Part shown: one piece after another, positions 49,656 to 60,119 of the stretch
Layout: every line of letters begins with the position of its first letter
Position numbering within the stretch: position 1 is the stretch's first letter
Sequence record: NC_007021.1
Strand: one strand, 5' to 3'
From: Staphylococcus phage Twort
Length of the DNA stretch: 64,000 nucleotides
Notes under the pieces: generated by a model
Told to the model about the DNA's origin: nothing
What the model saw: the letters and a program-made list of their open reading frames with translations, nothing else
Database searches by the model: none
Program-made: the position numbers and the translations under genes

Positions 49656-50675
49656 ATGAAATTTATATTTTTTACAGATAGTCATTTTCATTTATTTACA
49701 AATTACGCAAAACCCGATGAAGAGTACGTAAATGACAGATTTAAGGAACAGATAGAGGCATTACAAGAAGTATTTAATATTGCTAGGAAAAATAAAGCAA
49801 AGGTCATCTTCGGGGGTGACCTCTTCCACAAAAGAAATGCTGTAGATACACGTGTATACAATAGAGTATTTGAAACCTTTGCTAGTAATCAAGATATACA
49901 AGTGTACATGGTTCGAGGGAATCACGATGCAGTTTCTAACTCTTTATACACAAATTCAAGTATAGATATATTTGAAACACTACCTAACGTAGGGGTAACT
50001 AAATCCTTACGTAGTGAGTCCTTATCTAGTAAAGTACAACTTACTATGTGTGCTTACGGAGATGAAACACAGGAAATTAAAGATTATATTAAAAGTAGTT
50101 ATCAAGATGGTAAGGTAAATATTTTAGTAGGTCATTTAGGTGTAGAAGGTTCTTTGACAGGTAACGGTAGCCATAGGTTAGAAGGTGCTTTCGGTTACAA
50201 GGACTTATTACCAGAGCAGTACGATTTTATTCTATTAGGGCATTACCATCGTAGACAATACTTAAATAATAACCATAATCACATGTATGGTGGTTCCCTT
50301 ATGCAACAATCATTTTCAGATGAACAAGAGTCAAATGGTGTTCATTTAATAGATACAGATAAACTAACAACAGAATTTATTCCTATTAACACAAGAAGAT
50401 TTATTACTTTAAATGAGGATTCCGAGAATATAGAAGAACAACTAAATTCTAACAACTTTATTCGTTGGGTGGGAACACCTGAGCAAGCTAAAGCTTTAGA
50501 ATTAGATGATGGATTAGAAAATGTACAGTTCCAAATTAAAAAACAATACACAATGGAAAAACGAGTAGACTCTGAAGTAACAGATTCACCATTACAAATC
50601 ACAGAAAAGTATGCTAAAGAGTATTACCCAGACTCTATTATTGAAATTAAAGAATGTTTAAAAGAAGTATTATAG
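49656..50675 (+). CDS. SbcD/Mre11-like metallophosphoesterase nuclease
   Basis: Calcineurin-like motifs ..GGDLFHKRN.., ..GNHD.., ..GHYH.. Confidence 0.75.
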   Translation: MKFIFFTDSHFHLFTNYAKPDEEYVNDRFKEQIEALQEVFNIARKNKAKVIFGGDLFHKRNAVDTRVYNRVFETFASNQDIQVYMVRGNHDAVSNSLYTNSSIDIFETLPNVGVTKSLRSESLSSKVQLTMCAYGDETQEIKDYIKSSYQDGKVNILVGHLGVEGSLTGNGSHRLEGAFGYKDLLPEQYDFILLGHYHRRQYLNNNHNHMYGGSLMQQSFSDEQESNGVHLIDTDKLTTEFIPINTRRFITLNEDSENIEEQLNSNNFIRWVGTPEQAKALELDDGLENVQFQIKKQYTMEKRVDSEVTDSPLQITEKYAKEYYPDSIIEIKECLKEVL

Positions 50676-50731
50676 GCTATTGACAAAGCATACCTAAAAT
50701 GGTATGCTTTTAGTATAGGAGGAAGATAGTA

Positions 50732-51094
50732 ATGGTATCGTATAATAACGAAGATTTTAATACTGTAGAGCTTACAGACATTCTTGATAAAGACCAACTA
50801 ATAGAGTTTTTAGTAAAAAATCAGAAAGTTAATAATTTAGATATTAGTAAAGTAAAACAAGATAAATTCGATATGAATATGGCGGTATTGCAATTTCAAG
50901 ATGATGAGAATAATTTAACAAATATTTGTAATGTAGAAAATTTAGATGAAGGTTTAGATAAAATACGTCAAATATTTAAAGATTCCGAATTAGAACATAG
51001 ACTACATTACTTTAGAGTTGTTGAGCATGAAGATTATTATTGGATTGATTACGGTTCACATCACACATTCTTTAGAGTAACAAAGAGGGGGTAG
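50732..51094 (+). CDS. hypothetical protein
   Basis: 120-aa ORF between the sbcD-like and sbcC-like genes. Confidence 0.45.
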   Translation: MVSYNNEDFNTVELTDILDKDQLIEFLVKNQKVNNLDISKVKQDKFDMNMAVLQFQDDENNLTNICNVENLDEGLDKIRQIFKDSELEHRLHYFRVVEHEDYYWIDYGSHHTFFRVTKRG

Positions 51095-51097
51095 GTT

Positions 51098-53008
51098 ATG
51101 GTTAAATTTAAAAAAGTAGAGATTAAAAACTTTATGTCTATAAAAGATGCAACACTAGAGTTAGACAACCAAGGGCTTATACTTATAGAAGGTATAAATA
51201 AGACAAACGATTCTTTTGAAGCCAATGGCGTAGGGAAATCGACACTAGTATCGGCTATCACATATTCCCTATATGGAAAAACGGAAAAAGGTCTAAAAGC
51301 CGATGATGTCATCAATAAAAAAGAAAAGAAAAACACATCTGTTAAACTTTACTTTGATATAGGTGAAGATAATTATATTATTGAGCGTTATAGAAAAGAC
51401 GAAGAAAACAAAAATAAAGTAAAACTATTCTGTAATGGTAAAGAAATTACAGGCTCTACGAATGATGTTACAGATAAACAAATACTAGATTTATTCGGTA
51501 TAGACTTTAACACATACCTCAACGCTATTGTATATGGTCAAGGTGATATGCCTATGTTCAGCCAAGCAACTGACAAAGGTAAAAAAGAAATTTTAGAGTC
51601 TATTACTAAGGTAGAAGTATACAAAAAAGCACAAGAAGTAGCTAAAGAAAAAGTAAAAGAAGTAGAAGATAAGCAAAATAAATTACAAAATAGTATTCAA
51701 CAACTAGAATATCAAATAGATTCTGTTCAATATAAAATTGAGTATGAACAAAATAATTATAAAGAGCAACTACAACGACTAGAAGCTATTAAAGAAGAGA
51801 ATACTAAAAAAGAACAACAAAAAGTAGAAGAAGAAAAGAAATTAAAAGAACAACTATATAATTTACCAGACTACAGACAAGTTCAAGACACTTTTCAATA
51901 TTCGGAACAATATAATAAAATACAACTTGCTTTACAAAAACTAGAAGAAAAGAAAAAAGAACTTTTAGATAGTTACAATAATACAAAAGTAGAATTATCT
52001 GTAGAAACTACAAAACTTAATACAGAACAAAACAAGCTAAATAGTCTAGATACTTCTGATAAATGCCCCGTATGCGGTTCGCAAATTGATAATAATCATA
52101 AATTAAAAGAACAAGAGAACATTAAGAATACAATATTATCTATTAATGAAAGAACAGACTACTTAAAAACACAAGAAGATTTATATAAACAGGCTATTCA
52201 ACAATTAGATGCTAAAGCTACTCAATTACTAGAAGTAGCAAAAAGGGAAGAAGAGCAAGAAAAGCAACACGATAAGTTAGTATATTCAACTAAAGAGTAT
52301 AATAATAGTATTGATTATAACAAAAAGTCCTTAGAACAACAATTAAGTAATTTAGATTCTAAATACCAACAGCAAGACTTATCAAAGCTAACGCCTACAG
52401 AACCAAACATAAAACAATACGAAGATGAATTAAAAGAAGTAAATATTACTATTGACAAAACAAAGGATAGTATAATACAATTAGAGAATAAGAAACAACG
52501 TTATAAAGATGCTGTAGAAGCTTTTTCTAACAAAGGTTTACGTTCTGTAGTATTAGATTTTATCACACCTTTCTTAAATGAAAAAGCAAATGAATATTTG
52601 CAGATTCTTTCTGGTTCGGATATTGAAATAGAATTTCAAACACAGGTTAAAAACAACAAAGGTGAATTAAAAGATAAGTTTGATGTTGTTGTAAACAATA
52701 AAAGTGGTGGTTCTACTTATAAATCTAATTCCGCAGGAGAACAAAAGCGCATAGACCTAGCTATTAGTTTTGCTATTCAAGACCTTGTAATGAGCCAGAA
52801 TGACTTACAGACTAACATTGCACTTTACGATGAATGTTTCGATGGGTTAGACACAATTGGTTGTGAGAACGTAGTAAGATTACTTAAAGATAGATTAAAA
52901 ACAGTATCTACTATTTTTGTAATTACACATAACCAATCACTTAAACCACTATTTGAAAAAACGATTACTATGATTAAAGAAAATGGAGAGGCAAGAATGG
53001 AGATATAG
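51098..53008 (+). CDS. SbcC/Rad50-like ATPase
   Basis: Walker A GVGKST, long coiled coil, zinc hook CPVCGS, signature SAGEQKRIDLA, D-loop LYDECFDGLD. Confidence 0.8.
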   Translation: MVKFKKVEIKNFMSIKDATLELDNQGLILIEGINKTNDSFEANGVGKSTLVSAITYSLYGKTEKGLKADDVINKKEKKNTSVKLYFDIGEDNYIIERYRKDEENKNKVKLFCNGKEITGSTNDVTDKQILDLFGIDFNTYLNAIVYGQGDMPMFSQATDKGKKEILESITKVEVYKKAQEVAKEKVKEVEDKQNKLQNSIQQLEYQIDSVQYKIEYEQNNYKEQLQRLEAIKEENTKKEQQKVEEEKKLKEQLYNLPDYRQVQDTFQYSEQYNKIQLALQKLEEKKKELLDSYNNTKVELSVETTKLNTEQNKLNSLDTSDKCPVCGSQIDNNHKLKEQENIKNTILSINERTDYLKTQEDLYKQAIQQLDAKATQLLEVAKREEEQEKQHDKLVYSTKEYNNSIDYNKKSLEQQLSNLDSKYQQQDLSKLTPTEPNIKQYEDELKEVNITIDKTKDSIIQLENKKQRYKDAVEAFSNKGLRSVVLDFITPFLNEKANEYLQILSGSDIEIEFQTQVKNNKGELKDKFDVVVNNKSGGSTYKSNSAGEQKRIDLAISFAIQDLVMSQNDLQTNIALYDECFDGLDTIGCENVVRLLKDRLKTVSTIFVITHNQSLKPLFEKTITMIKENGEARMEI

Positions 53009-53010
53009 TT

Positions 53011-53598
53011 ATGAAGTTAAAAATTAAAAATAAATTTATGGGAGTGTTAGAGGTTACTAATTCTATGGGTGTAACTAAGTTAGACGTACCCTTAAGTAAC
53101 ATACATGAATGGTATCCTTTTTCTAACGCTTATTCTTACAAGTATAATGTAAAAACAAAAGATTTAGTATTAAAACGACTACGTTCATCACTACCAGTAT
53201 CTTATGGGATTGAACGAGCGTCTAAAGAGTATGACAAAGATAAAGTATGTAACACAGTAACATGGATAAACCATTCAGTAAAAGACAGTAATTTACACAT
53301 TATTAATAAAGCTAAATCATATGGGTTACCTGTTATTACAGAAAAGTATACATATGAAGATGTGGATTATGGGTTTGCACAGTTAAATGTTATCTTTTCT
53401 GAATTAAAATCTTTGATTATTAATCGTTATTTAGAGGATAAAGATGGTAGTTTTATTGTTAAGTTTAAAAGACACAACCCAGAAACCCAATATCATTTAG
53501 CGGTACAAGATGCTGATGAGGTTATTAATAATACCTATGATGAGCTAGGTCAAATGTATAAAATGTTATTACTAATGAAGAAATTAAGTAAGTATTAA
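53011..53598 (+). CDS. hypothetical protein
   Basis: 195-aa ORF. Confidence 0.45.
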   Translation: MKLKIKNKFMGVLEVTNSMGVTKLDVPLSNIHEWYPFSNAYSYKYNVKTKDLVLKRLRSSLPVSYGIERASKEYDKDKVCNTVTWINHSVKDSNLHIINKAKSYGLPVITEKYTYEDVDYGFAQLNVIFSELKSLIINRYLEDKDGSFIVKFKRHNPETQYHLAVQDADEVINNTYDELGQMYKMLLLMKKLSKY

Positions 53599-53610
53599 AG
53601 GATTGATTCT

Positions 53611-54672
53611 ATGAGATTCCAAGACTTTTTAACGCAAGAACTAGGAACACCTAAAATAAATAATGGGGAGTATCAGTACTGCTGTCCTTTCTGTGGTGAA
53701 CAAAAGTATAAGTTCTATGTAAAAGACTCTTTACAATCCGATAACGGATTGTATCACTGTAAGAAGTGTGATGCTACAGGAAACCCGATTACATTTATGA
53801 AAGGCTATTATTCTGTATCTGCAAAACAAGCTATAGACTTATTAGAAACTAAAAATATAACTTTTGAGATAAGCCCATTAGATAACTACAGTAATGAACT
53901 TTCAGAATCAGATAAACTTATACTACACCTAAGAAAAAAGAATCATAAACAGGAAACAAGACCAACAAAACCCCCTAGATTACCTATAGGATTTAAATAC
54001 TTAAAGGATAACTTACAAAATAAGGAATCATATCCATTCCTATACTACTTAAAAAACAGGGGAATTACACTTGACCAAATTATAGAACATAACATAGCTT
54101 ATGTAACAGATGGTTACTTTTATAAAACAAATGGGGAAAAAGCATCGTTAAGAAATAGTGTTATCTTTTTCACGTATGATAATAATGGTAAATATAAGTA
54201 TTGGAATACTCGTAGTATAGAACCTAATCCTTACTTAAAATCTATTAATGCACCTTCTAAAGAACAAGAATATGCAAGGAAAAATTGTATCTTTAATTTT
54301 AATGTTGCTAGAAATGAAAGGGTAATGATTATAACTGAAGGTGTTTTCGATGCTCTTACGTTTGGTAAATCAGGTGTTGCTACTTTTGGTAAACAAGTAA
54401 CACAATCACAATTAGACCAAATTATACAACATACAAATAAAGATACTATTATATATATTATGTTAGATAGTGATGCATTAACTAACAATATTAAGTTAGC
54501 TAGAAGATTACATGAGCATTTTACTACGTTTGTTGTTCCACATGGTGTAGAAGATGCAAATGATATGGGTAAAGAAAAAGCTGTTAAAGTACTTAAAGAA
54601 AATAGAATTTTAGCAACACCAGAAAACTTACAAAATTACTTATTACAACAAAAATTAACATTTAATGCTTGA
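53611..54672 (+). CDS. DNA primase (zinc finger + TOPRIM)
   Basis: CPFCGEQ..x17..CKKCD zinc finger; TOPRIM ..ITEGVFDAL.. and ..MLDSDA.. Confidence 0.7.
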   Translation: MRFQDFLTQELGTPKINNGEYQYCCPFCGEQKYKFYVKDSLQSDNGLYHCKKCDATGNPITFMKGYYSVSAKQAIDLLETKNITFEISPLDNYSNELSESDKLILHLRKKNHKQETRPTKPPRLPIGFKYLKDNLQNKESYPFLYYLKNRGITLDQIIEHNIAYVTDGYFYKTNGEKASLRNSVIFFTYDNNGKYKYWNTRSIEPNPYLKSINAPSKEQEYARKNCIFNFNVARNERVMIITEGVFDALTFGKSGVATFGKQVTQSQLDQIIQHTNKDTIIYIMLDSDALTNNIKLARRLHEHFTTFVVPHGVEDANDMGKEKAVKVLKENRILATPENLQNYLLQQKLTFNA

Positions 54673-54726
54673 TTTAACATAAAATTTATGGTACAATAAT
54701 GAAAGACAAGTGAAGGAGGTCTATCT

Positions 54727-55035
54727 TTGGAAAAGAAAAGTATTTATACATTTGTAGATGAATACTTAATTTTAGAATCTACAAAAAATAAAGAAAAGCT
54801 AGAACAGTTAGAAGAAGAAGGTAACAGATTAACTGCTACATACACAGATGTAGCAAAGGCAATTACTAACTTAACTTACGGTATTAATGAGCAATTAACT
54901 GATGTACATAGTATGGTAGCATCCTTATTATCCATTTTAGTAGAGGCTATGTACGAGGAAAAGGTTATTGACCAAAAAGTATTAGACAAAATTGAAGAAT
55001 ATCAAAATAAATTATATGAAAAGGAAGATGAATAA
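54727..55035 (+). CDS. hypothetical protein
   Basis: TTG start with RBS AAGGAGG. Confidence 0.45.
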   Translation: MEKKSIYTFVDEYLILESTKNKEKLEQLEEEGNRLTATYTDVAKAITNLTYGINEQLTDVHSMVASLLSILVEAMYEEKVIDQKVLDKIEEYQNKLYEKEDE

Positions 55036-55466
55036 TGGAAAAAACTGTATCAACTCATGCTAAGGATATTTCGACTAATGATTTAAATAAATGGTTAGAG
55101 GCTGTTACTACTAACCGTCTTAATGGTAAAGAGATTGGAGAAAAAGAAACTAAAGAGTTACAACGTTTAGGTAATCGTGCTGTATCTTTAGAAGTAGCTA
55201 CACGTATTGCTATGTCTTTAGCAGAACACGAAGTACAAAATGTAGCATCACGTTTATTACAATCCGTAGACCTTATTCAACAAATTATGGAAGATGAATT
55301 AGGTATTGATGAAGAAAAACTTAATAAAGCGGTAGCTAAATTAAATGATAAGTATGAGGCTTACATTAAAGAGCAACAAGAAAAAATTAAAGAAGCACAA
55401 AAAAAGGAAGTAGAAACAGACAGTAATGAGAAAGTCGTTTCTATGAAACCTAAAAATGAGCAGTAA
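55035..55466 (+). CDS. hypothetical protein
   Basis: 143-aa ORF. Confidence 0.45.
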   Translation: MEKTVSTHAKDISTNDLNKWLEAVTTNRLNGKEIGEKETKELQRLGNRAVSLEVATRIAMSLAEHEVQNVASRLLQSVDLIQQIMEDELGIDEEKLNKAVAKLNDKYEAYIKEQQEKIKEAQKKEVETDSNEKVVSMKPKNEQ

Positions 55467-56055
55467 AAGTAAAGGTGATACATTCGAAAGAAAAATAGCT
55501 AAAGCACTAGGTGAGTGGTGGGGTTATAAATTTAACCGTACACCACAATCTGGTGGAGCTAGTTGGGGAGCTCAAAATAATGCAGTAGGGGATATTGTAA
55601 CACCTCCTGACGCTGAGTTTCCTTTAGTTATAGAATGTAAGCATAGAGAAAATTGGAACATGGATAATGTATTACTTAATAACAAAGAGCCTCACACATG
55701 GTGGCAACAAGTTATTAGAGATTCAGAGCATGTAGGTAAAGTGCCCTGTCTTATTTTTACTAGAAATAGAGCAAGGGATTATGTTGCATTACCTTATATA
55801 GAATCTGTATATAATGACCTTAGAGATAAAGATTATCCCGTTATGAGAACAAGTTTTATTACTACTAATCTTAAAGAAGAAAAGTTTTATTATGATGTCG
55901 TTATAACTACTATTGAAGGGTTGACCCATTTCAAACCTTGCTATATTAAATCTTGCTACAACGAATTTAAGGTAGAACCTTACAAAACAACGTCTAAAAA
56001 AACTATAACTAAAGATGAAAACAGTTTAATAGATGATATTTTAGATAATATATAA
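55456..56055 (+). CDS. Holliday-junction-resolvase-like PD-(D/E)XK nuclease
   Basis: Motifs ..GDTFERKIAKAL.., ..GDIV.., ..LVIECKHRE.. resemble Hjc/RecU-type resolvases. Confidence 0.45.
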   Translation: MSSKSKGDTFERKIAKALGEWWGYKFNRTPQSGGASWGAQNNAVGDIVTPPDAEFPLVIECKHRENWNMDNVLLNNKEPHTWWQQVIRDSEHVGKVPCLIFTRNRARDYVALPYIESVYNDLRDKDYPVMRTSFITTNLKEEKFYYDVVITTIEGLTHFKPCYIKSCYNEFKVEPYKTTSKKTITKDENSLIDDILDNI

Positions 56056-56070
56056 CAAGGACTGATATGA

Positions 56071-56463
56071 ATGACAAAAGAGGAAAGACCCATAATTGTA
56101 TACTACAGTGGTACAGGACAAACTAAAAGATTAGTAGATAAAATTAATAATGATTCATTTGAGGTAATGAGAATGAAAACAGGCAATGAGATAGTAGAGC
56201 AACCTTACATTCTTATTACCCCTACTTATATGAAAGGTGAAATTCCTAAACAAGTACAAAAATTTATTAGTAATAATCATGCACCTAAAGAAGTTATTGG
56301 CACAGGAAATAAACAGTGGGGAGAACACTTTTGCGGTGCAAGTAAAAAAATAGCTGAAATGTTTAGTATACCTCTTGTTGCTAAGATTGAACAAGCAGGT
56401 CATTTTAATGAAGTAAATACTATTAAAGAGTATTTTACAACAGAATACAAAGTTAGTTATTAG
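56071..56463 (+). CDS. nrdI: NrdI flavodoxin-like protein
   Basis: ..IVYYSGTGQTKRLV.. flavodoxin motif; immediately upstream of nrdE. Confidence 0.8.
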   Translation: MTKEERPIIVYYSGTGQTKRLVDKINNDSFEVMRMKTGNEIVEQPYILITPTYMKGEIPKQVQKFISNNHAPKEVIGTGNKQWGEHFCGASKKIAEMFSIPLVAKIEQAGHFNEVNTIKEYFTTEYKVSY

Positions 56464-56473
56464 AGGTGAAAAG

Positions 56474-57193
56474 ATGGCAACTTATGGTAAGTGGATTGAC
56501 CTTAATAATGAGGTCACTCAACTAGACGAAAATGGAAAAAATAAACTCTATAAGGACAAAGAAGCCTTAGAAGAGTACTCAAAATATATTGAAAAGAATA
56601 CACGTAATTTTGATAATGAAGTAGAGCGTGTACGTACCTTAACTAAAGAGGGTACTTATGATAAGGTGTTTGATAGTATTCCTGATACTATTATTGAAGA
56701 AATGACAAAGTTAGCTTATAGTTTTAACTTTCAATTTCAGAGCTTTATGGCATGTCAAAAGTTCTATGAATCATATGCTGTGACACAGTATGATAAAGAT
56801 GATAATCCTATTTTTGTAGAAGATTATGAACAACATAATGTACGTGTTGCGCTTTATTTATTTCAAGACGATTATGTTAAAGCTAGAGAAATGTTAATTC
56901 AATTAATGGAACAGACATTACAGCCCGCTACACCAGTATATCTTAACTCAGGGTTAGGTAAACGTGGTGAATTGTCATCTTGTTATTTATTTATTGTAGA
57001 TGATACTATCGAATCTATTAACTTTATTACAGACTCCGTACGACAAGCATCTAAAAATGCAGGAGGTTGTGCAGTAGACTTAACAAGATTACGCCCTAGA
57101 GGAACAGAGGTTAATGGTGTTCCTAATGCTAGTAAGGGTGTAATACCATTTGCAAAAAATATCGAGCAGAGCGTATCATATTTCAACCAGGGT
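56474..57193 (+). CDS. nrdE: Ribonucleotide reductase class Ib alpha subunit, exon 1
   Basis: Ends ..SYFNQG at a U; splicing to 57623 gives ..FNQGGKREGSAVCYL.. Confidence 0.75.
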
Positions 57194-57622
57194 AAACAAT
57201 TCTGCCCCCTATATTAGTAATAGTGTAGGTTAAAAAACTTCCTTAATTCATGGGAAATCTCCTTGACTTTTATTATAAATTTTGGTATAGTAAAATGAGA
57301 AGGAGATAATCATGAGCAAGATAACCAATAGCAAAGAAACCCAAAAAAGTACCTAACGCTACTAAAAGTATTTACCACCATATAAAAAGTAAAAGAAGAT
57401 GGAAGTCATTAAATCACTTAATGAATTGGTAATTATCTTGTGCAACGACTAGAGAAAAGATAGTTTATTGTTACAGGCAGTAAATGAAGACTGAGTATCG
57501 TACACTCAAGTGAGTGGAAACAGGAAGTATCCTAGAGTAACGACTAGGATAATGATATAGTCTGAACATTGTAGGTGACTACAAGAAGGTAAGGAGTAAC
57601 GAACCTTATCGTAACATAATTG
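57194..57622 (+). mobile_element. Group I intron 1 of nrdE (ORF-less)
   Basis: P ..aattcatgggaaatc..; R ..gcaacgactag..; S tgatatagtc; ends ..cgtaacataattg; 5' region matches tail-tube intron 3. Confidence 0.65.
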
Positions 57623-58648
57623 GGAAAACGTGAAGGCTCTGCAGTATGTTATTTAAATATATTCCACCCAGATATTCATGAATTTTTAAGTTCTAAAAAA
57701 ATTAATGCTAGTGATAAAGTAAGATTAGACACATTATCTATTGGTGTAACAATACCAAATAAGTTTATGGAATTACTTAAAGAAGATAAATACTACTATA
57801 CATTTAATGTATATGATGTTAAACAAAAATATGGGTTTACATTAAATGAAATAAACATGTCCGAGTATTATGATATATTTGTGAATGATGATGATATTAG
57901 AAAAGAAAAATATTATACAAGAGATATAATGACTGACATTGCAAGAACACAACTAGAGTCAGGATACCCTTATGTTTTCTACATTGATAACGCAAATGAC
58001 AATCACCCTTTGAAGAAACTAGGTAAAGTTCAAATGTCTAATTTATGCTGTGAGGTGACACAGCTACAAGAAGTATCCGACATATTCCCATATTTACAAT
58101 CACATAATGATACTATTGGGAATGATGTTGTGTGTACGTTAGGTTCATTAAATTTAGTGAATGTTGTAGAAAAAGGATTGCTTAAAGAATCCGTAGATAG
58201 TGGTATTCGTTCGTTATCTAAAGTAACGGATTTAATGAACGTTCCATTTTTACCAAGTGTTCAGAAGGCAAACGATGAGCTACGAGCTATAGGTCTTGGA
58301 GCAATGAACTGGCATGGACTTCTAGCAAAGAATATGCTTAGTTATGGTTCTAGGGAATCTCTAGACATTGCTAATAGTTTATTTAGTGCTATTAGATACT
58401 ACTCTATTAAGTCTAGTATGGAACTAGCTAAAGAAACTGGTAAAGTTTTTAAAGGTTTTAAAGAATCAGAATACTATACTGGAGAAGTGTTTAGTTCATA
58501 TATTCAAAAGTCACATGAACCTAGAACTAAAAAAGCTAAAAAAGTACTAGAAAAGGTATATATCCCTACGGAAGAAGACTGGAACTCTTTAAGCAAAGAT
58601 GTAAAAGAGTATGGTATGTACAACGGATACTTAAATAATCTTGCACCT
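57623..58648 (+). CDS. nrdE: Ribonucleotide reductase alpha subunit, exon 2
   Basis: GKREGSAVCYLNIFHPDIHEFL (active-site loop) ... ends ..NNLAP. Confidence 0.75.
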
Positions 58649-59735
58649 TATATATTAGGGCGTGTATAAGAATACATGATAACTCTTTCGAATTGCTGGA
58701 ACACCCTTAGAGCCTAATAAACTACAACGTAACTAGAAATGGTAAGCGTGAATGTTTAAAAATTATTGGGATTGGGCAATCAGCATCTAAGATTCTAAAT
58801 AATTATAATTAAAATAAAGTGTAACAAAGGAAGATATATTATAGAGGAGTTATGGAAAGAAATACCTGGGTTTAATTCATACATGATTAGTAATAAAGGT
58901 CAGGTTTACTCAAGAAAAAGAAATAAGATACTAGCTTTACGAACAGATAAAAATGGGTATAAAAGAATATCTATTTTTAACAATGAAGGTAAAAGAATTC
59001 TATTAGGAGTTCATAAGTTAGTTCTCTTAGGTTTTAAAGGTATTAATACTGAAAAGCCTATACCTCACCATAAGAATAATATTAAAGATGATAACAGATT
59101 AGAAAATTTGGAATGGGTTACAGTTAGTGAAAATACCAAGCATGCATATGATATAGGGGCTTTAAAATCACCTAGGAGAGTTACATGTACTCTTTATTAT
59201 AAAGGAGAACCTTTATCATGCTATGACTCGTTGTTTGACTTAGCTAAGGCTTTAAAAGTAAGTAGAAGTGTAATAGAGAGTCCTAGAAATGGTTTGGTGT
59301 TATCTACTTTTGAAGTAAAAAGAGAACCTACAATACAAGGACTACCTTTAAATAAAGAGATATTTGAGCATAGTTTAATTAAGGGCTTGGGTAATCCTCC
59401 TTTAAAAGTGTATAATGAAGATGAAACCTACTACTTTTTAACTTTAATGGACATAAGTAAGTACTTTAATGAATCATACTCTAAAGTACAACGAGGATAT
59501 TATAAAGGTAAGTGGAAAAGTTATATTATAGAACATATTGATTTTTATGAGTATTACAAACAAACACATTAATTATAATTACAAGAATAAAGTTCAACGA
59601 CTATCCCGTTGCTGGGAGTACACTCAAGTGAGTGGAAGTGGAAGAGGTCTTACTTAAGTAAGATGTGATATAGTCTGGACGTATATGGAAACATATAGAA
59701 GGTAAGGAGTAACGAACCTTATCGTAACATAATCG
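58649..59735 (+). mobile_element. Group I intron 2 of nrdE, carrying an HNH endonuclease ORF
   Basis: R ..caacgactatc.. at 59594; S gtgatatagtc at 59660; ends ..cgtaacataatcg; exon junction restores LAP|TQSISY. Confidence 0.65.
58838..59572 (+). CDS. Intron-encoded HNH homing endonuclease (I-HmuI-like); start uncertain (ATT/ATA ~58838-58841, or ATG 58883)
   Basis: N-terminus ..LWKEIPGFNSYMISNKGQVYS.. matches the conserved EWKDIKGYEGHYQVSNTGEVYS start of I-HmuI-type enzymes. HNH motif ..PHHKNNIKDDNRLENLEWVTVSENTKH.. . RBS AAAGGAAG at 58827-58834. Confidence 0.65.
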   Translation: MIEELWKEIPGFNSYMISNKGQVYSRKRNKILALRTDKNGYKRISIFNNEGKRILLGVHKLVLLGFKGINTEKPIPHHKNNIKDDNRLENLEWVTVSENTKHAYDIGALKSPRRVTCTLYYKGEPLSCYDSLFDLAKALKVSRSVIESPRNGLVLSTFEVKREPTIQGLPLNKEIFEHSLIKGLGNPPLKVYNEDETYYFLTLMDISKYFNESYSKVQRGYYKGKWKSYIIEHIDFYEYYKQTH

Positions 59736-60104
59736 ACACAATCCATTTCGTATGTACAAAATGCAACTTCTAGTATTATGCCAGTACCTTCACCTATTGA
59801 AAATAGACGCTATGGTAACATGGACACATACTATCCTATGCCGTTTATGTCACCAATTACACAATTTTTCTACGAGAGTGAAACAGCATATAAATTAGAT
59901 AATAAACGTATTATTAATACAAGTGCGGTGATTCAAAAACACGTAGACCAAGCTATTTCTACTATTCTTTACGTAGAGTCTGAAATACCAACTAATAAAT
60001 TAGTAAGTTTATATTATTATGCTTGGGAAAAAGGTTTAAAATCTTTATACTATACCCGTTCACAAACATTAAAAGTTATTGAGTGTGAATCTTGTAGTGT
60101 ATAA
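59736..60104 (+). CDS. nrdE: Ribonucleotide reductase alpha subunit, exon 3
   Basis: TQSISYVQNATSSIMPV.. and ..SLYYTRS.. (radical-transfer Tyr pair); C-terminal CESC. Confidence 0.75.
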   Translation, partial: TQSISYVQNATSSIMPVPSPIENRRYGNMDTYYPMPFMSPITQFFYESETAYKLDNKRIINTSAVIQKHVDQAISTILYVESEIPTNKLVSLYYYAWEKGLKSLYYTRSQTLKVIECESCSV

Positions 60105-60119
60105 GAAAGGAAATCAGTA

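Noticed and set aside
50680-50716. Promoter at TTGACA 50680-50685
   Set aside because: No good -10 at 16-18 nt spacing (TATGCT only). The hairpin aaagcatacc..ggtatgcttt followed by a T-run is better explained as the terminator of the sbcD-like gene.
57217-57620. Possible small ORF or endonuclease gene in nrdE intron 1
   Set aside because: Only short frames are present (for example ATG 57312, about 15 codons); the intron appears ORF-less like the tail-tube introns.
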